DNA from: Nannocystis bainbridge | Lineage (GTDB): Bacteria > Myxococcota_A > Polyangia > Nannocystales > Nannocystaceae | Direction: 5' to 3' | Length of the DNA: 64,000 nt | NCBI RefSeq assembly: GCF_028368995.1 | Contig: NZ_JAQNDL010000005.1 | Coordinates: 416,001-480,000, forward strand | Shown: in pieces, positions 1 to 10,539 of the stretch | How positions within the stretch are numbered: the stretch's first letter is position 1 | Layout: every line of letters begins with the position of its first letter | Made by a program: the position numbers and the translations under genes | Notes under the pieces: generated by a model | Databases searched by the model: none | What the model was told of the DNA's origin: nothing | Seen by the model: only the letters and a program-made list of their open reading frames with translations

Positions 1-2
1 CG

Positions 3-710
3 GGCAAGCGGGCGCTCGAGCCGATGACCGAGGAGGACATCGCCGACACGATCGCGGCGTTCGGTCGCTCGGCCCGGGCGGCCCGCGAGCTCGGCTTCGA
101 CGCGGTCGAGATCCACGGAGCGCACGGTTACCTGATCGATCAGTTCTTCTGGGGCGGCCTCAACGAGCGCACCGATCGCTGGGGCGGCGCGACCATCGGC
201 GAGCGCGCGGCGTTCGGCGCGGAGGTGGTTCGGGCGGTGCGCGCCGGCGTCGGCGAGGACATCCCGGTGATCCTCCGGCTGTCGCAGTGGAAGGCCCAGG
301 ACTTCGAGGTGAAGAACGCCGCGAACCCGCGCGAGCTCGAAGCGTGGTTGACGCCGCTGTCCGAGGCCGGGGTCGACGTGTTCCATTGCTCGCAGCGGCG
401 GTTCTGGGAGCCGGAGTTCGCCGACTCGGAGCTCAACTTCGCCGGCTGGGCCAAGAAGGTCACGGGCAAGCCGACGATCACCGTCGGCTCGGTCGGGCTC
501 GACGGCGAGTTCATCGCCGCGTTCGGCGGCGCGTCGTCGCGGCCGGCGTCCCTCGACGGATTGGTCCGCCGGCTCGAGGCCGAGGAGTTCGACCTCGTCG
601 CCGTCGGCCGCGCGCTGCTGGCCGATCCGCAGTGGGTCCCGAAGATCCGCGAAGGCCGCCACGACGAGCTCGGCGTATTCGAGCGCTCGGCCCTGGCGAC
701 GCTGTCCTGA
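3..710 (+). CDS. NADH:flavin oxidoreductase (Old Yellow Enzyme family), 5'-truncated by the window edge
   Basis: GFDAVEIHGAHGYLIDQF, NERTDRWGG and DLVAVGRALLADP motifs; the frame is open back to base 3. Confidence 0.9.
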   Translation, partial: GKRALEPMTEEDIADTIAAFGRSARAARELGFDAVEIHGAHGYLIDQFFWGGLNERTDRWGGATIGERAAFGAEVVRAVRAGVGEDIPVILRLSQWKAQDFEVKNAANPRELEAWLTPLSEAGVDVFHCSQRRFWEPEFADSELNFAGWAKKVTGKPTITVGSVGLDGEFIAAFGGASSRPASLDGLVRRLEAEEFDLVAVGRALLADPQWVPKIREGRHDELGVFERSALATLS

Positions 711-740
711 AATTGGGGCGAGCCGCAGCGCGGCCACGAC

Positions 741-1871
741 TCATGCTCGCAGTTGGACCGCGGCCTCGCCCAGCACCTGGCCGTTGATGCGGAGGTCCAC
801 GATGTGCGCGCCGGGATAATAACGGCGCGTCGTCACCGGCTTGAACGAGTGGCGGCGCTCCAGCGCGCGCTCCTCTCGTGGGCCGAGCTCGATCGCCCAG
901 CCCTTGAACACCTTGGGCGAGGTGCTGCCATTGGCCTTCACGTGGTGCACGGCATAGTCGATCACGAGGCGCTGGGGCTTGGCCGCGGTCGAGCGCAGCA
1001 CCAGGCGCAGCGTGATCTCACCGCCGATGGCGACCCGGGTCGGGGTCACGCTCCACTCCGCCTCGCCGCGAAACGCCTGCCCCAGGCCCCAGGCGGCCAG
1101 CACCGCCGGATCTCCCTGCTTGATCAGCGTGCGGCTGGCGTGTCGCAGCAGCGCGCGACGCTCGGGCGACGCACCCGGCAAGTGGCGCCCCAGCCACTCG
1201 GCCACGAGCGCGGGGTGGTCCTTGGCGATGTCGTTCAGGTGATTGGCGACGCTGCGCCGCACGTACTCGCTGGGGTCGTCCTGCAGCGCGGCGAGCCACG
1301 GCAGCGTCGGCGTGGGGTCGAGCACCAGCGCTTGCAGCCGCAGGCCCCAGGGCAGGCGCGGACGGCTGCCCTCGCTGACCAGCCGTCGCACGTGCGCGCT
1401 CGGGTCCCTGACCCAGCCCGCGAGGGTCGCGTAGGACACCGCGGGGTGGCGCACGAGGAACGGCCGGATCGCAAACTCGGCGGTCAATCGCTGCGTCATC
1501 GCGTGGAGCGCCGCCAGACCACGCTCGGGCGTATCGATCGCCAGGCGGGCGATCGCCTCGGACAAGGGCCACACCGCCCAGCCGGCCAGGCCGCGCTCGC
1601 TGGTCCGTAGCGCGCTCAGGTCGTCACCCGCGCCCGGCGGCCCGAGGCTAGCCTCCAGCAGCCCGGCCGCGCGGTCGACGTCGGCCGGCAGCGTGGCCAC
1701 CAGAGCATCGGCCAATTGCAGCACGCGGGCCTTGAGCTCCAGCGTGTCCAGGCGCGCCAGCGCCCGGGCCGCGAAACCACGGCGATCGAAGCCTGGATCG
1801 ACGCGCGTCAGGTGGTGGCCGATGGCCTGCACGACTTCGGCGTTGATCAGGTTCTTGAACGGCTCGGCCAT
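741..1871 (-). CDS. DNA alkylation repair protein (AlkC/AlkD-like HEAT-repeat glycosylase with C-terminal Ig-like domain)
   Basis: Start MAEPFKNLIN at ATG 1871; TAEFAIRPFL, HVRRLVSEGSRPRLPW, YVRRSVANHLNDIAKDHP, TTRRYYPG. Confidence 0.88.
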   Translation of the reverse strand: MAEPFKNLINAEVVQAIGHHLTRVDPGFDRRGFAARALARLDTLELKARVLQLADALVATLPADVDRAAGLLEASLGPPGAGDDLSALRTSERGLAGWAVWPLSEAIARLAIDTPERGLAALHAMTQRLTAEFAIRPFLVRHPAVSYATLAGWVRDPSAHVRRLVSEGSRPRLPWGLRLQALVLDPTPTLPWLAALQDDPSEYVRRSVANHLNDIAKDHPALVAEWLGRHLPGASPERRALLRHASRTLIKQGDPAVLAAWGLGQAFRGEAEWSVTPTRVAIGGEITLRLVLRSTAAKPQRLVIDYAVHHVKANGSTSPKVFKGWAIELGPREERALERRHSFKPVTTRRYYPGAHIVDLRINGQVLGEAAVQLRA

Positions 1872-2125
1872 GGCGCGGCAGCATAAGCCGACTCGGGATG
1901 GTTTCGCGCCTCCTCGGTGGCGCGGCTCGGGGCGCGCGGCGAGCGGCATTCGCGGTCGCTGCCGCGAAGCCCGGCGGCACGGCCCCGTCGTCGCAGGCGA
2001 GCGCATCGTGTTCGCAGAACGACGCACGTCGATGCAGCGCCGCGTGCACACGCTGCTCGGCCTCGACCTTTGGCGGCTCGCGGCCCGCCGTCAGATGGCC
2101 CGCCCGCGCGTGCTAGACGCAGCGC

Positions 2126-2980
2126 ATGAAGATCGCCATCCTCGGTCCCGGAGGGATCGGCAGCACCTTCGCCTTCCAGCTCGCGCGCGCCGGCCACGAC
2201 GTCACCGTCATCGCCCGCGGCGCTCGCCTCGCGCACCTCGAGCGCGAGGGAGCGATCCGCAAGAACACGGGAGAGCGCGCCGTCGTCGACGTCCAGGCTG
2301 CCCTCGATCCCGAGACCGCGTGGGACCTGGTGCTCGTCTCGGTGCTCGCCTCGCAGGTCGACGCCGTGCTGCCGGCCCTCGCCGCCAGCGCCGCGCGCAC
2401 GATCCTCTTCATGTTCAACACGTTCGAGCCGCTCGATCGCCTGCGCGACGCCGTCGGGCGCGAGCGCGCAGCCTTCGGCTTCCCGGCGATCCTCGCCTGG
2501 CTCGACGACGGCGTGTTGACGACCAGCATCGTCACCCGCGGCCCGTTGCTCACCCCCGTCTCCGATCCCGCCTGGGCCCCGGTCTTCACCGCCGCCGGCA
2601 TCCCCACCGTCGTCGAGCCCGACATGCAGAGCTGGCTGCGCACCCACGCCGCCTTCGTCGTGCCCGGGATGATCGCCAGCATCCGCGCTTACGACCGCCG
2701 CGCCGGCCTGTCCTGGACCGAGGCGAAGCAGCTCGCTCGCGCCTCCGACGAGGGCTTCCGCCTGGTGCGCCGGCTCGGCGACGCCATCGTGCCCGCCGCG
2801 ATGGTCACCTACGGCCGCCTGCCCACCGTCGCCACCACGGCCATCCTGTGGGCGATGAGCCGGGTCCCGTCGATCCGCCGCACCGGCGCCGCCGGCCCCG
2901 GCGAGTCGCGCACGCTGATCGACATGATGACCGCCGCGGCCCCGGGCGACACGCAGACCCTGCTCGCCGTGCGCCCGTGA
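2126..2980 (+). CDS. Ketopantoate reductase (ApbA/PanE) family protein
   Basis: MKIAILGPGGIG Rossmann start, GHDVTVIARG, DLVLVSVLASQVD. Confidence 0.8.
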   Translation: MKIAILGPGGIGSTFAFQLARAGHDVTVIARGARLAHLEREGAIRKNTGERAVVDVQAALDPETAWDLVLVSVLASQVDAVLPALAASAARTILFMFNTFEPLDRLRDAVGRERAAFGFPAILAWLDDGVLTTSIVTRGPLLTPVSDPAWAPVFTAAGIPTVVEPDMQSWLRTHAAFVVPGMIASIRAYDRRAGLSWTEAKQLARASDEGFRLVRRLGDAIVPAAMVTYGRLPTVATTAILWAMSRVPSIRRTGAAGPGESRTLIDMMTAAAPGDTQTLLAVRP

Positions 2981-3029
2981 TCGACGGCCGCCGCGAGCGC
3001 GCGACGGCTTCAGCTCCACCCCGGGCGAG

Positions 3030-3095
3030 CACGCCGCCGGCCTCGTCTACCGCGACCTGCATGCCGGCAACGTCCTGATCGACTTCGACCAGGCG
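3030..3095 (+). pseudogene. Remnant of a Ser/Thr protein kinase catalytic loop
   Basis: Reads HAAGLVYRDLHAGNVLIDFDQA, a catalytic loop joined directly to a DFx motif; no start codon or N-lobe recognised. Confidence 0.45.
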
Positions 3096-3424
3096 GCTCT
3101 GCTCGTGGTGGCGATCACCATCGCCGCGGCGGTGATGATCCGGCTCACGGTTGCGTCGCGACGAACGTTCGTTCGCCCCGACGATCGAAAGCAAAGAATT
3201 AAAGCCCATGGCCTCCCCATTGGGCGAAGCGACGTCGCCCCACGGTGCATCCACGCCTGCGCTTGACGTTGCCCCGGTCGTGGAGCATCCAACCGCCGCG
3301 AAATCCGAACGTCCCGTCCGACTCGCCGCCCGCGCGGTGTATCCGCGACGCACTCGCCAGCCACCACATCCATACCGAGACCCCCAGCCGCCTCGTCTTC
3401 TTTGGTGCTACGTAAGAGCCGGCC

Positions 3425-4312
3425 ATGCTGATGCGCCTCACGCTCGCCCTGAAGATGCTCGCGCCGCCCTCACAGGAGGCCGCCGACGCGGCCTTCAACA
3501 CCGGAGATTTCCGCGAGGCGCTCGACCTTTTCCTCGAGCGGGCCGCCGACTCGAGCGTCCACCGCCCGGACGCACTTCACGGTGCGCACGACAGCCTGAT
3601 CGCCCTGCACGGAGCGACCGGCGAGGGCGAGCACCTCTGCCACGCTCTCGAGCTGACCCGCGCGCTGTTGGCGAGCGGGCCGTTCGCGGACGCCGAGGAG
3701 CGCGCGGCATGGGCAGAGATCGAGGCCCGGGACCTCGACAGGGTCAAGCGGGCAGGTGTCACCTGTGCCGCCGCGACGTCGGATACGGCGCGCGTCGGAA
3801 CCTCTGTCGCAACGGCAGATTCCCCTGCCAGCGAGTCCCTCGTCGGGTCACTCGCCGCAACGATCCAGCCGCCAGGGCCGCGGGCGGGTGAACCGGACCT
3901 CGATGCGCTGCTGCCGGTGACGGGGCGCCCCCCTGCAACCCGGTCGACCACGCCGCGGCGGGGCCGCGAGCTGATGATCGCCGGAGGCGTGACGCTCGGC
4001 GTCGGTCTCGGTCTCGCCACCGCCGCCGGCGTCCTGGGCGGCCGTATGCTCGACACCTGGCGTGAAGCCGACGCCCTGTATGAAGCGTATGGCCCCGTTG
4101 GTCCCGGCGCGGTGGCCGACCAGAGCGCCGCTCTCGCCCGTGACTATCATCGGCTGCAGGCGCCGATGCTCGCGACCGCTGTCATCGGCGGGAGCGCCCT
4201 CGTCGTCGGTGCCGTGCTGACGGGCGTCGGTGCAAAGCGCCTCTCGCGTGCCACGTCCTACGCCGCTCTCCTGCCCGCGCCCGGGGGCCTCGTCCTCCAC
4301 ACTCGCTTCTGA
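3425..4312 (+). CDS. Hypothetical membrane protein (TPR-like N-terminus, two C-terminal hydrophobic segments, GGLVLHTRF end)
   Basis: Coding-like GC3 bias; architecture typical of Nannocystis paralogue families. Confidence 0.65.
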   Translation: MLMRLTLALKMLAPPSQEAADAAFNTGDFREALDLFLERAADSSVHRPDALHGAHDSLIALHGATGEGEHLCHALELTRALLASGPFADAEERAAWAEIEARDLDRVKRAGVTCAAATSDTARVGTSVATADSPASESLVGSLAATIQPPGPRAGEPDLDALLPVTGRPPATRSTTPRRGRELMIAGGVTLGVGLGLATAAGVLGGRMLDTWREADALYEAYGPVGPGAVADQSAALARDYHRLQAPMLATAVIGGSALVVGAVLTGVGAKRLSRATSYAALLPAPGGLVLHTRF

Positions 4313-4332
4313 CGTGCTCTGCCGAGGCCCCG

Positions 4333-5946
4333 ATGTCCACGCTCTCCCGCTTCCTGACGCTGCTCGCCCCGTTCTGCCTCGCTGGTTGCCCGATCCCGGA
4401 GGTCGCGCACTGCGCCGACTACGACCTGTGCCCTACTTCGTCCGGCGCGGCCGCCGCGAGCACCGGCGGCGATCCGATGCTGCCCACCGGCGAGGTCCTG
4501 ACCGTCACCAGCGCCGGCGAGGTGACGACCACGAGCACGACCACGGCAGCGCCCGGCACGACGGGCCAGCCCGCGGTGCCGGCCGTGGTGTCGGTGATGT
4601 TCACGCCCGATCCGCTCGAGCAGGTCGGGATCATCGAAGTCGAGGTCGTCGCCGAGGACGCGGACCACGTCCGCATGGACCGCCCCGGCTTCGAGTCGCT
4701 CGAGCTGTCCAAGGGGCCAGACGAGCGCTTCCACGGCGCGATCGAGATCCTCAGCGGCCTGTCCAATGGGACACATGAGGCGAGCTTCGTGCCGCGGCAG
4801 GAAGGAGTCGAGGGCGCGACCGAGATCGGCTACTACACCGTGGCGCTCCCGGAGGCCGGCTCCGAGGTGCTGTGGGACGTGATCCCGGACGACGGCCTCG
4901 GCCAGGTCGACGCGCTCGCCGTCCTCGGTGACGAGGCCATCGTCGGCCTCGGCACGCTGTACGACGGCGACACCCCGCGCTGCTACGTGCACCGCCGCGA
5001 CCTCGACGGCAGCTACAGCGGCGCCGACGTGCAGGTGTTGTTCCCGGAGTATCCCTGCACCGCGGTCGACCTCGAGACCGACGGGGAGACGATCGACCTG
5101 CTCGTCACGGTGACGGGCGGCGACGGGCCGCGCTGGCGCGTGGCGACGATGGCGTGGGGGCAGGCGCCAACCGTCCTCCGCACGGGCGAGAAAGACGAGG
5201 TCGCCCACGCGCTCGCCCGCGACGGAAACGGTAAGCGGGCCGTCTGCGGCACGGCCCCGTCGCCGGGGCTGATGGACACGATCGACGGGCGGGTCTGGAC
5301 GCTCAACGGGCCGACGAGTGAGCTCGACTACCAGCCGAAGGTAGTCGAGCACCAGTTCGACGAGAACGTGATGGACTGCAAGTTCAGCGGCGACCAACTT
5401 GTCCTCGTCGGCGAGGTGTATGGGAAGCACGAGAACAGCGGGCTCGATCCGAAGCGCAAGCGGCCGTTCTTGCTCGAGCTTGACGACCAAGGCGAGGCGC
5501 ACTGGACCGTGCCGGGGCTCGGACCCGGCAACACGACACAGGGAGGTGCGAGCACGCTGGCGATCGACGATCAGGGCCGCGCCGTCGTCGGGCTCTACAC
5601 CTGCGAGGACATGTGTGACCGGGAGCCGGAGCTGTGGATCTACGAGCCCGGTGGCGACCTCGCGTTTCCGCCAGTGACGCTCCCCGCGGAGGTCTCGGTT
5701 CCGTTCGGCCTGACGTGGAGCCCGGCGGGGTACGCCGTCATCGCCGGGGCCCTCGGCACCGGCAACACGACGCAGTTTCTCATGCAGGGCTACGTGCCCG
5801 GCGCCTACGCGCCCGCGTGGACCTTCGCGAAGGGCAAGCAAGCCGGCCTGCACATCGCGTTCGCGGTCGTGGCCGCCCCGGGCGTCGTGGTCGGCGCCGG
5901 AACTGGCGCGGGCGGGTATCCGGCGTTCGCGTTCGTCAACCCCTGA
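4333..5946 (+). CDS. Lipoprotein with Thr/Ser linker and probable beta-propeller
   Basis: Lipobox-like LAGC, T/S-rich linker, repeated ALAxDxxG-type blade motifs. Confidence 0.7.
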   Translation: MSTLSRFLTLLAPFCLAGCPIPEVAHCADYDLCPTSSGAAAASTGGDPMLPTGEVLTVTSAGEVTTTSTTTAAPGTTGQPAVPAVVSVMFTPDPLEQVGIIEVEVVAEDADHVRMDRPGFESLELSKGPDERFHGAIEILSGLSNGTHEASFVPRQEGVEGATEIGYYTVALPEAGSEVLWDVIPDDGLGQVDALAVLGDEAIVGLGTLYDGDTPRCYVHRRDLDGSYSGADVQVLFPEYPCTAVDLETDGETIDLLVTVTGGDGPRWRVATMAWGQAPTVLRTGEKDEVAHALARDGNGKRAVCGTAPSPGLMDTIDGRVWTLNGPTSELDYQPKVVEHQFDENVMDCKFSGDQLVLVGEVYGKHENSGLDPKRKRPFLLELDDQGEAHWTVPGLGPGNTTQGGASTLAIDDQGRAVVGLYTCEDMCDREPELWIYEPGGDLAFPPVTLPAEVSVPFGLTWSPAGYAVIAGALGTGNTTQFLMQGYVPGAYAPAWTFAKGKQAGLHIAFAVVAAPGVVVGAGTGAGGYPAFAFVNP

Positions 5947-5976
5947 GCGCGGCGACGATCGCCCGCAGTCGGGCTC

Positions 5977-7050
5977 CTACTGCGGGATGAACTTCGAGCA
6001 GGCGGCCTCGACGAGGTCGGTCGCCTCGTCGAACCCCGGCCCATAGTCCGGCTCATCCGCCCGAATGAAGTGTGTGTAGGGGAACAGGCTCACGAACTGA
6101 CAGACCCGGTCATACGCGAGGCACTTCTCGCCGTCCTGCACGCCGCCGATGCTGAACATGACCACGGACTCCTCGTCGTCCTTGGCGTCCACGATCGCCT
6201 GCGCCCAGTCGGCGGGTGTGCCCTCCGAGTCGTAGTCGGCGGTCCACGAGACGAGCGTGGCGACGAGCAGCGCGTCATCACGAAGAAAGTCCTCGTTGCA
6301 GCCGCCGGGGTCGTTCAGCTCCGGGCTCACCGCGTGGACCAGCGCCTCGCCGAGCAGGTCGCCGCCGTCCGTGCCGACCTTGGCGATGCAGGCGAAACTT
6401 TCGGACGGGCCAGGCGTGTCCCGCGTCAGGTAGCGGCGGCCGTCCGCGATCTCGCAGGGCTTGTTGGGGGTGAACGAGCCAGCGTTGAACACCGCGCCCG
6501 CGCCCCAGGTCGTGTCGCACTCGGCGAGCTTCCCGATCATCTCACACGGATAGGCATCGCCGGCTGGGCACTTCGCGGTGAAGGGGCCGGGACACTCCTC
6601 GTCACACTTCGGGAGGCCCCACAGCGGATCGCCCTTGACGACCATGATGTGGTAGTCGAAGTCGGCGAACTTGCTCTGGATCGTCTCGAGGAACTTCGGG
6701 ACCGCGTCGGCGAGCTGGGCCTGGACGGCGTCCATGTACTCGTGGCGCGAGATCATGAATAGGAAGTCGATCTTCCCCTTGCAGCCCTCGGGCTGGAGCG
6801 GACCGAGGTCGTCGCTGCTGCCAACATCGAGGATGAGCGTCGTCTCGCCGGTGCTCGCGCTACCACTGCCCGAGCCGGTCGACAGCTCGCCGCCCGTCGT
6901 CGAAGTCGAGCCGCCACTCGAGGAGCTGGTGCTCGGATCGGAGGTGGCCAGGTTCGGCGGCGCCGTGGTGAACGGCGTCGTGTCGGTCTGCGACGGCTGG
7001 CAGGCGAGCGCGAGACCGAGGGCGAGGACAGGCCGGGACCGTGGCCGCAT
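5977..7050 (-). CDS. Lipoprotein with vWA-like domain (Nannocystaceae CKGKIDFLF family)
   Basis: ATG 7050 MRPRSRPVLALGLALAC lipobox; S/T/G linker; KIDFLF, FDYHIMVV, FLRDDALLV. Confidence 0.75.
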   Translation of the reverse strand: MRPRSRPVLALGLALACQPSQTDTTPFTTAPPNLATSDPSTSSSSGGSTSTTGGELSTGSGSGSASTGETTLILDVGSSDDLGPLQPEGCKGKIDFLFMISRHEYMDAVQAQLADAVPKFLETIQSKFADFDYHIMVVKGDPLWGLPKCDEECPGPFTAKCPAGDAYPCEMIGKLAECDTTWGAGAVFNAGSFTPNKPCEIADGRRYLTRDTPGPSESFACIAKVGTDGGDLLGEALVHAVSPELNDPGGCNEDFLRDDALLVATLVSWTADYDSEGTPADWAQAIVDAKDDEESVVMFSIGGVQDGEKCLAYDRVCQFVSLFPYTHFIRADEPDYGPGFDEATDLVEAACSKFIPQ

Positions 7051-7443
7051 GCCCCAAAAGGTAGCCCATGGCGCGCGGAGCGTCCACGAACCGGCAACGC
7101 AGTTCCAACCACCAACATAATGGTCACTCCGGCTCAACTTGCGATACCAGCGCCCACCGATCCCTTGTCCCTCCGCGAGCAGGCCGTCCCAACGCTACCG
7201 GCCACCAGGTCCGCGCCAGTCCGAGCCCCTCAGCGACGCCCTCGCCCGCCCACGACAGACTCACCCATGCCTCGCGGGCGGCCTCACCTGGCGCTGGTGT
7301 TCGTCGGCGCCGTGTCGCAGGAGCGGCCGGACCTCTCGCGCGCTCTCGATGAGCGCCCGCACCACCGGCAGGCACGCGTCCTTCGCCCACCAGGTGACGA
7401 CGTCGGACAGCTTGAGATCGAGGTCGACGACCGAGCTCTCCGG

Positions 7444-8817
7444 CTATGTTCCCAGTCCGCGATTCACCGCCCGCAGCACCGCCCGCGCGCAGGCGTTCCC
7501 GCCGCGGACCGCCCCCTCTTGCGAGCCGAAGAACTCCTGCTGGGTCCAGTCGCCGGCCAGGAACAGGTTCTCGATCGGCGTGACCTGCGAGGGCCGTCGC
7601 GTCATCGCCCCCGGCAGCGGGCGGATCAGGTGGTGCTCGTGCTTCAGCACCACCCGCTTGACCACCTTCGCCGCCGCGATCTTCGGGTTCGCGGCGCCGA
7701 GGTCGGCGAGCACGTGCGCGACGATCGCCGCGTCGTCCCAGCCCATGAGCGGGTCCGCCGGGCTGACGATCACCGACAGCCGGCTGCCCAGCGCGTAGGG
7801 GTACGTGTAGCGCGACTGGTCCTGATACACCGGGCAGTTGCTGCCGGCCACCAGCGTGAAGCCGTCGCGCCGGGTCACCACGCGGTCGAACCACAGCTGC
7901 ACCGAGATCGCCGGCGCTGTCGGCAGATCGAGGATGTCGGCGAAGAACGGGCGGCTGCGCAGCGGCTGCGGGATCTTCGGCGCGAACACCCACGCCGGCA
8001 GGGCGACCACATAGATGTCGGCCGCGAGCTGCTCGCCGCCGACGAGCTTGAAGCCGGTGATCGTATCGGTCTTCGCGTCGTATTCGATCTCGTCGAGCTT
8101 CACCTTGGTGCGGATCTCGACGCCGCGCTGCTTCAGGTGCGCCGCGAGCGGGGCGAAGATCTCCGAATCACGCGCGCCGCGGTAGCCGCCGAGCCGCGCC
8201 CGCAGCGGCCGGATGAGCGTCTGATGGGCCCAGCCGAGCAGGTTGTAGGCCGAGAACTGCTCGGCGTCGGTGAACTGGATCGCGCGACAGAACGGCCGCA
8301 GGGCCCGCTCCAGCGCCTGCTGTGAGCCGCTCGCGCGCCGCCACCAGTCGACCACCGTGAGCCGATCGAAGCGACGCAGCAGCGCCTCCGGCAGCGCGGC
8401 CGGGGCCAGCAGCGGGAGCAGCGACAGCTTGGCCAGCGGTCCCAGGTAATCGTTGTTGCCCAGCGCGCCGAGCAGCGTGCGCAGCGGCGCGTAAAGCGGG
8501 TTGGTGCCGAACAGCGCCGACGGGCCCGAGGGCGTCTCGAACCGCAGATCGTCGGTCCAGTACAGCACCTCGCGCGGCGGTCGGCCGATGTCGCGGAGCA
8601 GCGCCCGGAACTGCGAATAGGCCCCGGGGAACAGGTGGAGCCCCTGCTCGATCCACTCGCCGTCCTGGTCGAGGAAGGTCCCCGCGCGCCCGCCGAGATA
8701 CGGCTGGCTCTCGAGCACCGTGACCGGCAGCCCGGCCTCGGCGAGCCGCTTGGCGCAGGCGAGACCGGCGAGGCCGCCGCCGGCGATGACGACGCGGGGA
8801 TTGGAGCGCGGGCGCAT
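7444..8817 (-). CDS. FAD-dependent oxidoreductase, zeta-carotene desaturase/HpnE-like
   Basis: ATG 8817; VVIAGGGLAGL, LESQPYLGGRA, IEQGLHLFPGAY, ENLFLAGDWT, SQEGAVRGG. Confidence 0.82.
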   Translation of the reverse strand: MRPRSNPRVVIAGGGLAGLACAKRLAEAGLPVTVLESQPYLGGRAGTFLDQDGEWIEQGLHLFPGAYSQFRALLRDIGRPPREVLYWTDDLRFETPSGPSALFGTNPLYAPLRTLLGALGNNDYLGPLAKLSLLPLLAPAALPEALLRRFDRLTVVDWWRRASGSQQALERALRPFCRAIQFTDAEQFSAYNLLGWAHQTLIRPLRARLGGYRGARDSEIFAPLAAHLKQRGVEIRTKVKLDEIEYDAKTDTITGFKLVGGEQLAADIYVVALPAWVFAPKIPQPLRSRPFFADILDLPTAPAISVQLWFDRVVTRRDGFTLVAGSNCPVYQDQSRYTYPYALGSRLSVIVSPADPLMGWDDAAIVAHVLADLGAANPKIAAAKVVKRVVLKHEHHLIRPLPGAMTRRPSQVTPIENLFLAGDWTQQEFFGSQEGAVRGGNACARAVLRAVNRGLGT

Positions 8818-9032
8818 GCCCTGTGGGTGTGCCCGAAGACGACGACGCGACAAGCCGCGGGCCGGTGAGCGGCGCGGACGCGGCGAGGTCGTCACAGTCG
8901 GCGCGCGGTCCTGCGGCGAGTCCCCGTTCGCGCCTCGCGGCCGCGCATCGCCACGCCGTCCGCGCCGCGCCTCGAAGACCACGCGCGCGCGGTCCGACGA
9001 ATCCGCGATCGGCGATCCGCCCGCCCGCCGAA

Positions 9033-10520
9033 TCAGGCGAGCAGCGCGGACATGTCGAAGCGCTCGGGGAACTCGATGTCCATCGCCTGGGCGATCGCCG
9101 AGTAGATGTGGCCCTCGGAGCACTCGAGCTTCGGGTCGGCGTCGCCCGTGCTGCCGTCGAAGCCGTAGGTCTCACAGGTCGTGGGCTCGATGCCGCCGAA
9201 CACCCGGTTGCCCTTGAGCAGCGGCGAGACGATGAGCGTGCCGTTGTTGAGCGAGTGGCCGGTGCCCCACGACTCCGCGCCGGCCGGGCGCGTCTTGTCG
9301 CGGCCGAAATCGGTGGCGACGTAGATCATCGACCGGTCCCACATCTTGCCGAGCGCCGGATCGCCGAGGTAATCGAGCTGCTGCAGCAGGTCGACCAGCG
9401 CGTCGATGGTCCGGAGCACGTGGCCCCACATCAGGTACTGCGCGATCCGGTGATCCGAGTGCGAGAAGTCGAACGCGATCGGCGTGGTGATCAGCTTCTC
9501 GTTGCCGAACGTCGGCTCCTGGCGCAGGCCGATGGTGCTGACGCAGGACAGGCCGTAGTACGCCAGCAGCACGGACAGCGCCGCCTGCGACTCCCACGGG
9601 TCGACCAGCATGTTGGAGAACTTGCTGGCCAGCGTCGGCAGCAGCGGGCTCGACATGACGCCGTACTTGGGGTCGAGCAGCTCGGGCGGCAGCAGGGTCA
9701 GCCGGTCCATCAGGTTGGCGGACTCGAGGCGCGGCTGGACCTCGCGGCGGTTGGCGAGGAAGCGCTGGCGCCTGGGGCTGTCGGCGAACGTGCGGCCGAA
9801 CGTCGAGGCGTCGTCGAGCTGCTCGCGGACGCCGCGAGCGCGCTCCACCAGCCCGCGGCCGGGGGCCCCGACCACCCCCTTCACGCCGTCCATCGCCGCC
9901 GCGAAGCCGAGCGGCGAGGCGATGATCTCGGCCCGCGCGAACGCGGGCATCGAGGGGTCGACGCCGGGCTGGATGTACCCGTCGTTGGCCATGTTGCAGT
10001 TGGGGATGATCAGGTCCTCGCCGTGGCGGACCGCCATCGCCTCCATGATCGTGCGGCCGCGGTTGATCCCGGCGCCGGTCACCGATCGGTGCTGCCCGAC
10101 GCTGTGATTGACGCTGGAGCACTCCTGCGTCAGCACCGTCGTCCACGGGTGGTGCTTCTTGAGGAAGCCGTCGAGCGAGTAGGTCGTCTCGTAGAGCCCC
10201 GCGAGCAGGCCGACCGACTCGAAGTAGCCGGGGCAGCGCAGGTTGCTCCCGGTCGGGGTGATCACCTTGTCGTCCTCGTAGGCGTTCAAGGTGTCGGCGC
10301 GCGCGTCGTCGCCGACCTCGCTGCGGGTCACCGGCAGGAAGCTGTCGACGATGCTCGCCCCGCCCGTCGCGCACAGCACGAACAGCAGCTTGCGATCCTT
10401 GTCGGCGTTGCTGCCCGCGCGCTCTCCGGCGGCTCGCCCGAGGGCCGAGCCGAGCGCGGTCGTGCCCATCGCCCCGGCCATCGCCAGGAGCATGTTTCGT
10501 CGCCCGATTTTGCTGGTCAT
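9033..10520 (-). CDS. DUF1501-family Tat-exported protein
   Basis: ATG 10520 MTSKIGRRNMLL twin-arginine signal; GGASIVDSF, SVNH, FDFSH, IYVATDFGRD, GNRVFGG. Confidence 0.72.
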   Translation of the reverse strand: MTSKIGRRNMLLAMAGAMGTTALGSALGRAAGERAGSNADKDRKLLFVLCATGGASIVDSFLPVTRSEVGDDARADTLNAYEDDKVITPTGSNLRCPGYFESVGLLAGLYETTYSLDGFLKKHHPWTTVLTQECSSVNHSVGQHRSVTGAGINRGRTIMEAMAVRHGEDLIIPNCNMANDGYIQPGVDPSMPAFARAEIIASPLGFAAAMDGVKGVVGAPGRGLVERARGVREQLDDASTFGRTFADSPRRQRFLANRREVQPRLESANLMDRLTLLPPELLDPKYGVMSSPLLPTLASKFSNMLVDPWESQAALSVLLAYYGLSCVSTIGLRQEPTFGNEKLITTPIAFDFSHSDHRIAQYLMWGHVLRTIDALVDLLQQLDYLGDPALGKMWDRSMIYVATDFGRDKTRPAGAESWGTGHSLNNGTLIVSPLLKGNRVFGGIEPTTCETYGFDGSTGDADPKLECSEGHIYSAIAQAMDIEFPERFDMSALLA

Positions 10521-10539
10521 CGTCGCAGGCTCCCGTGGC

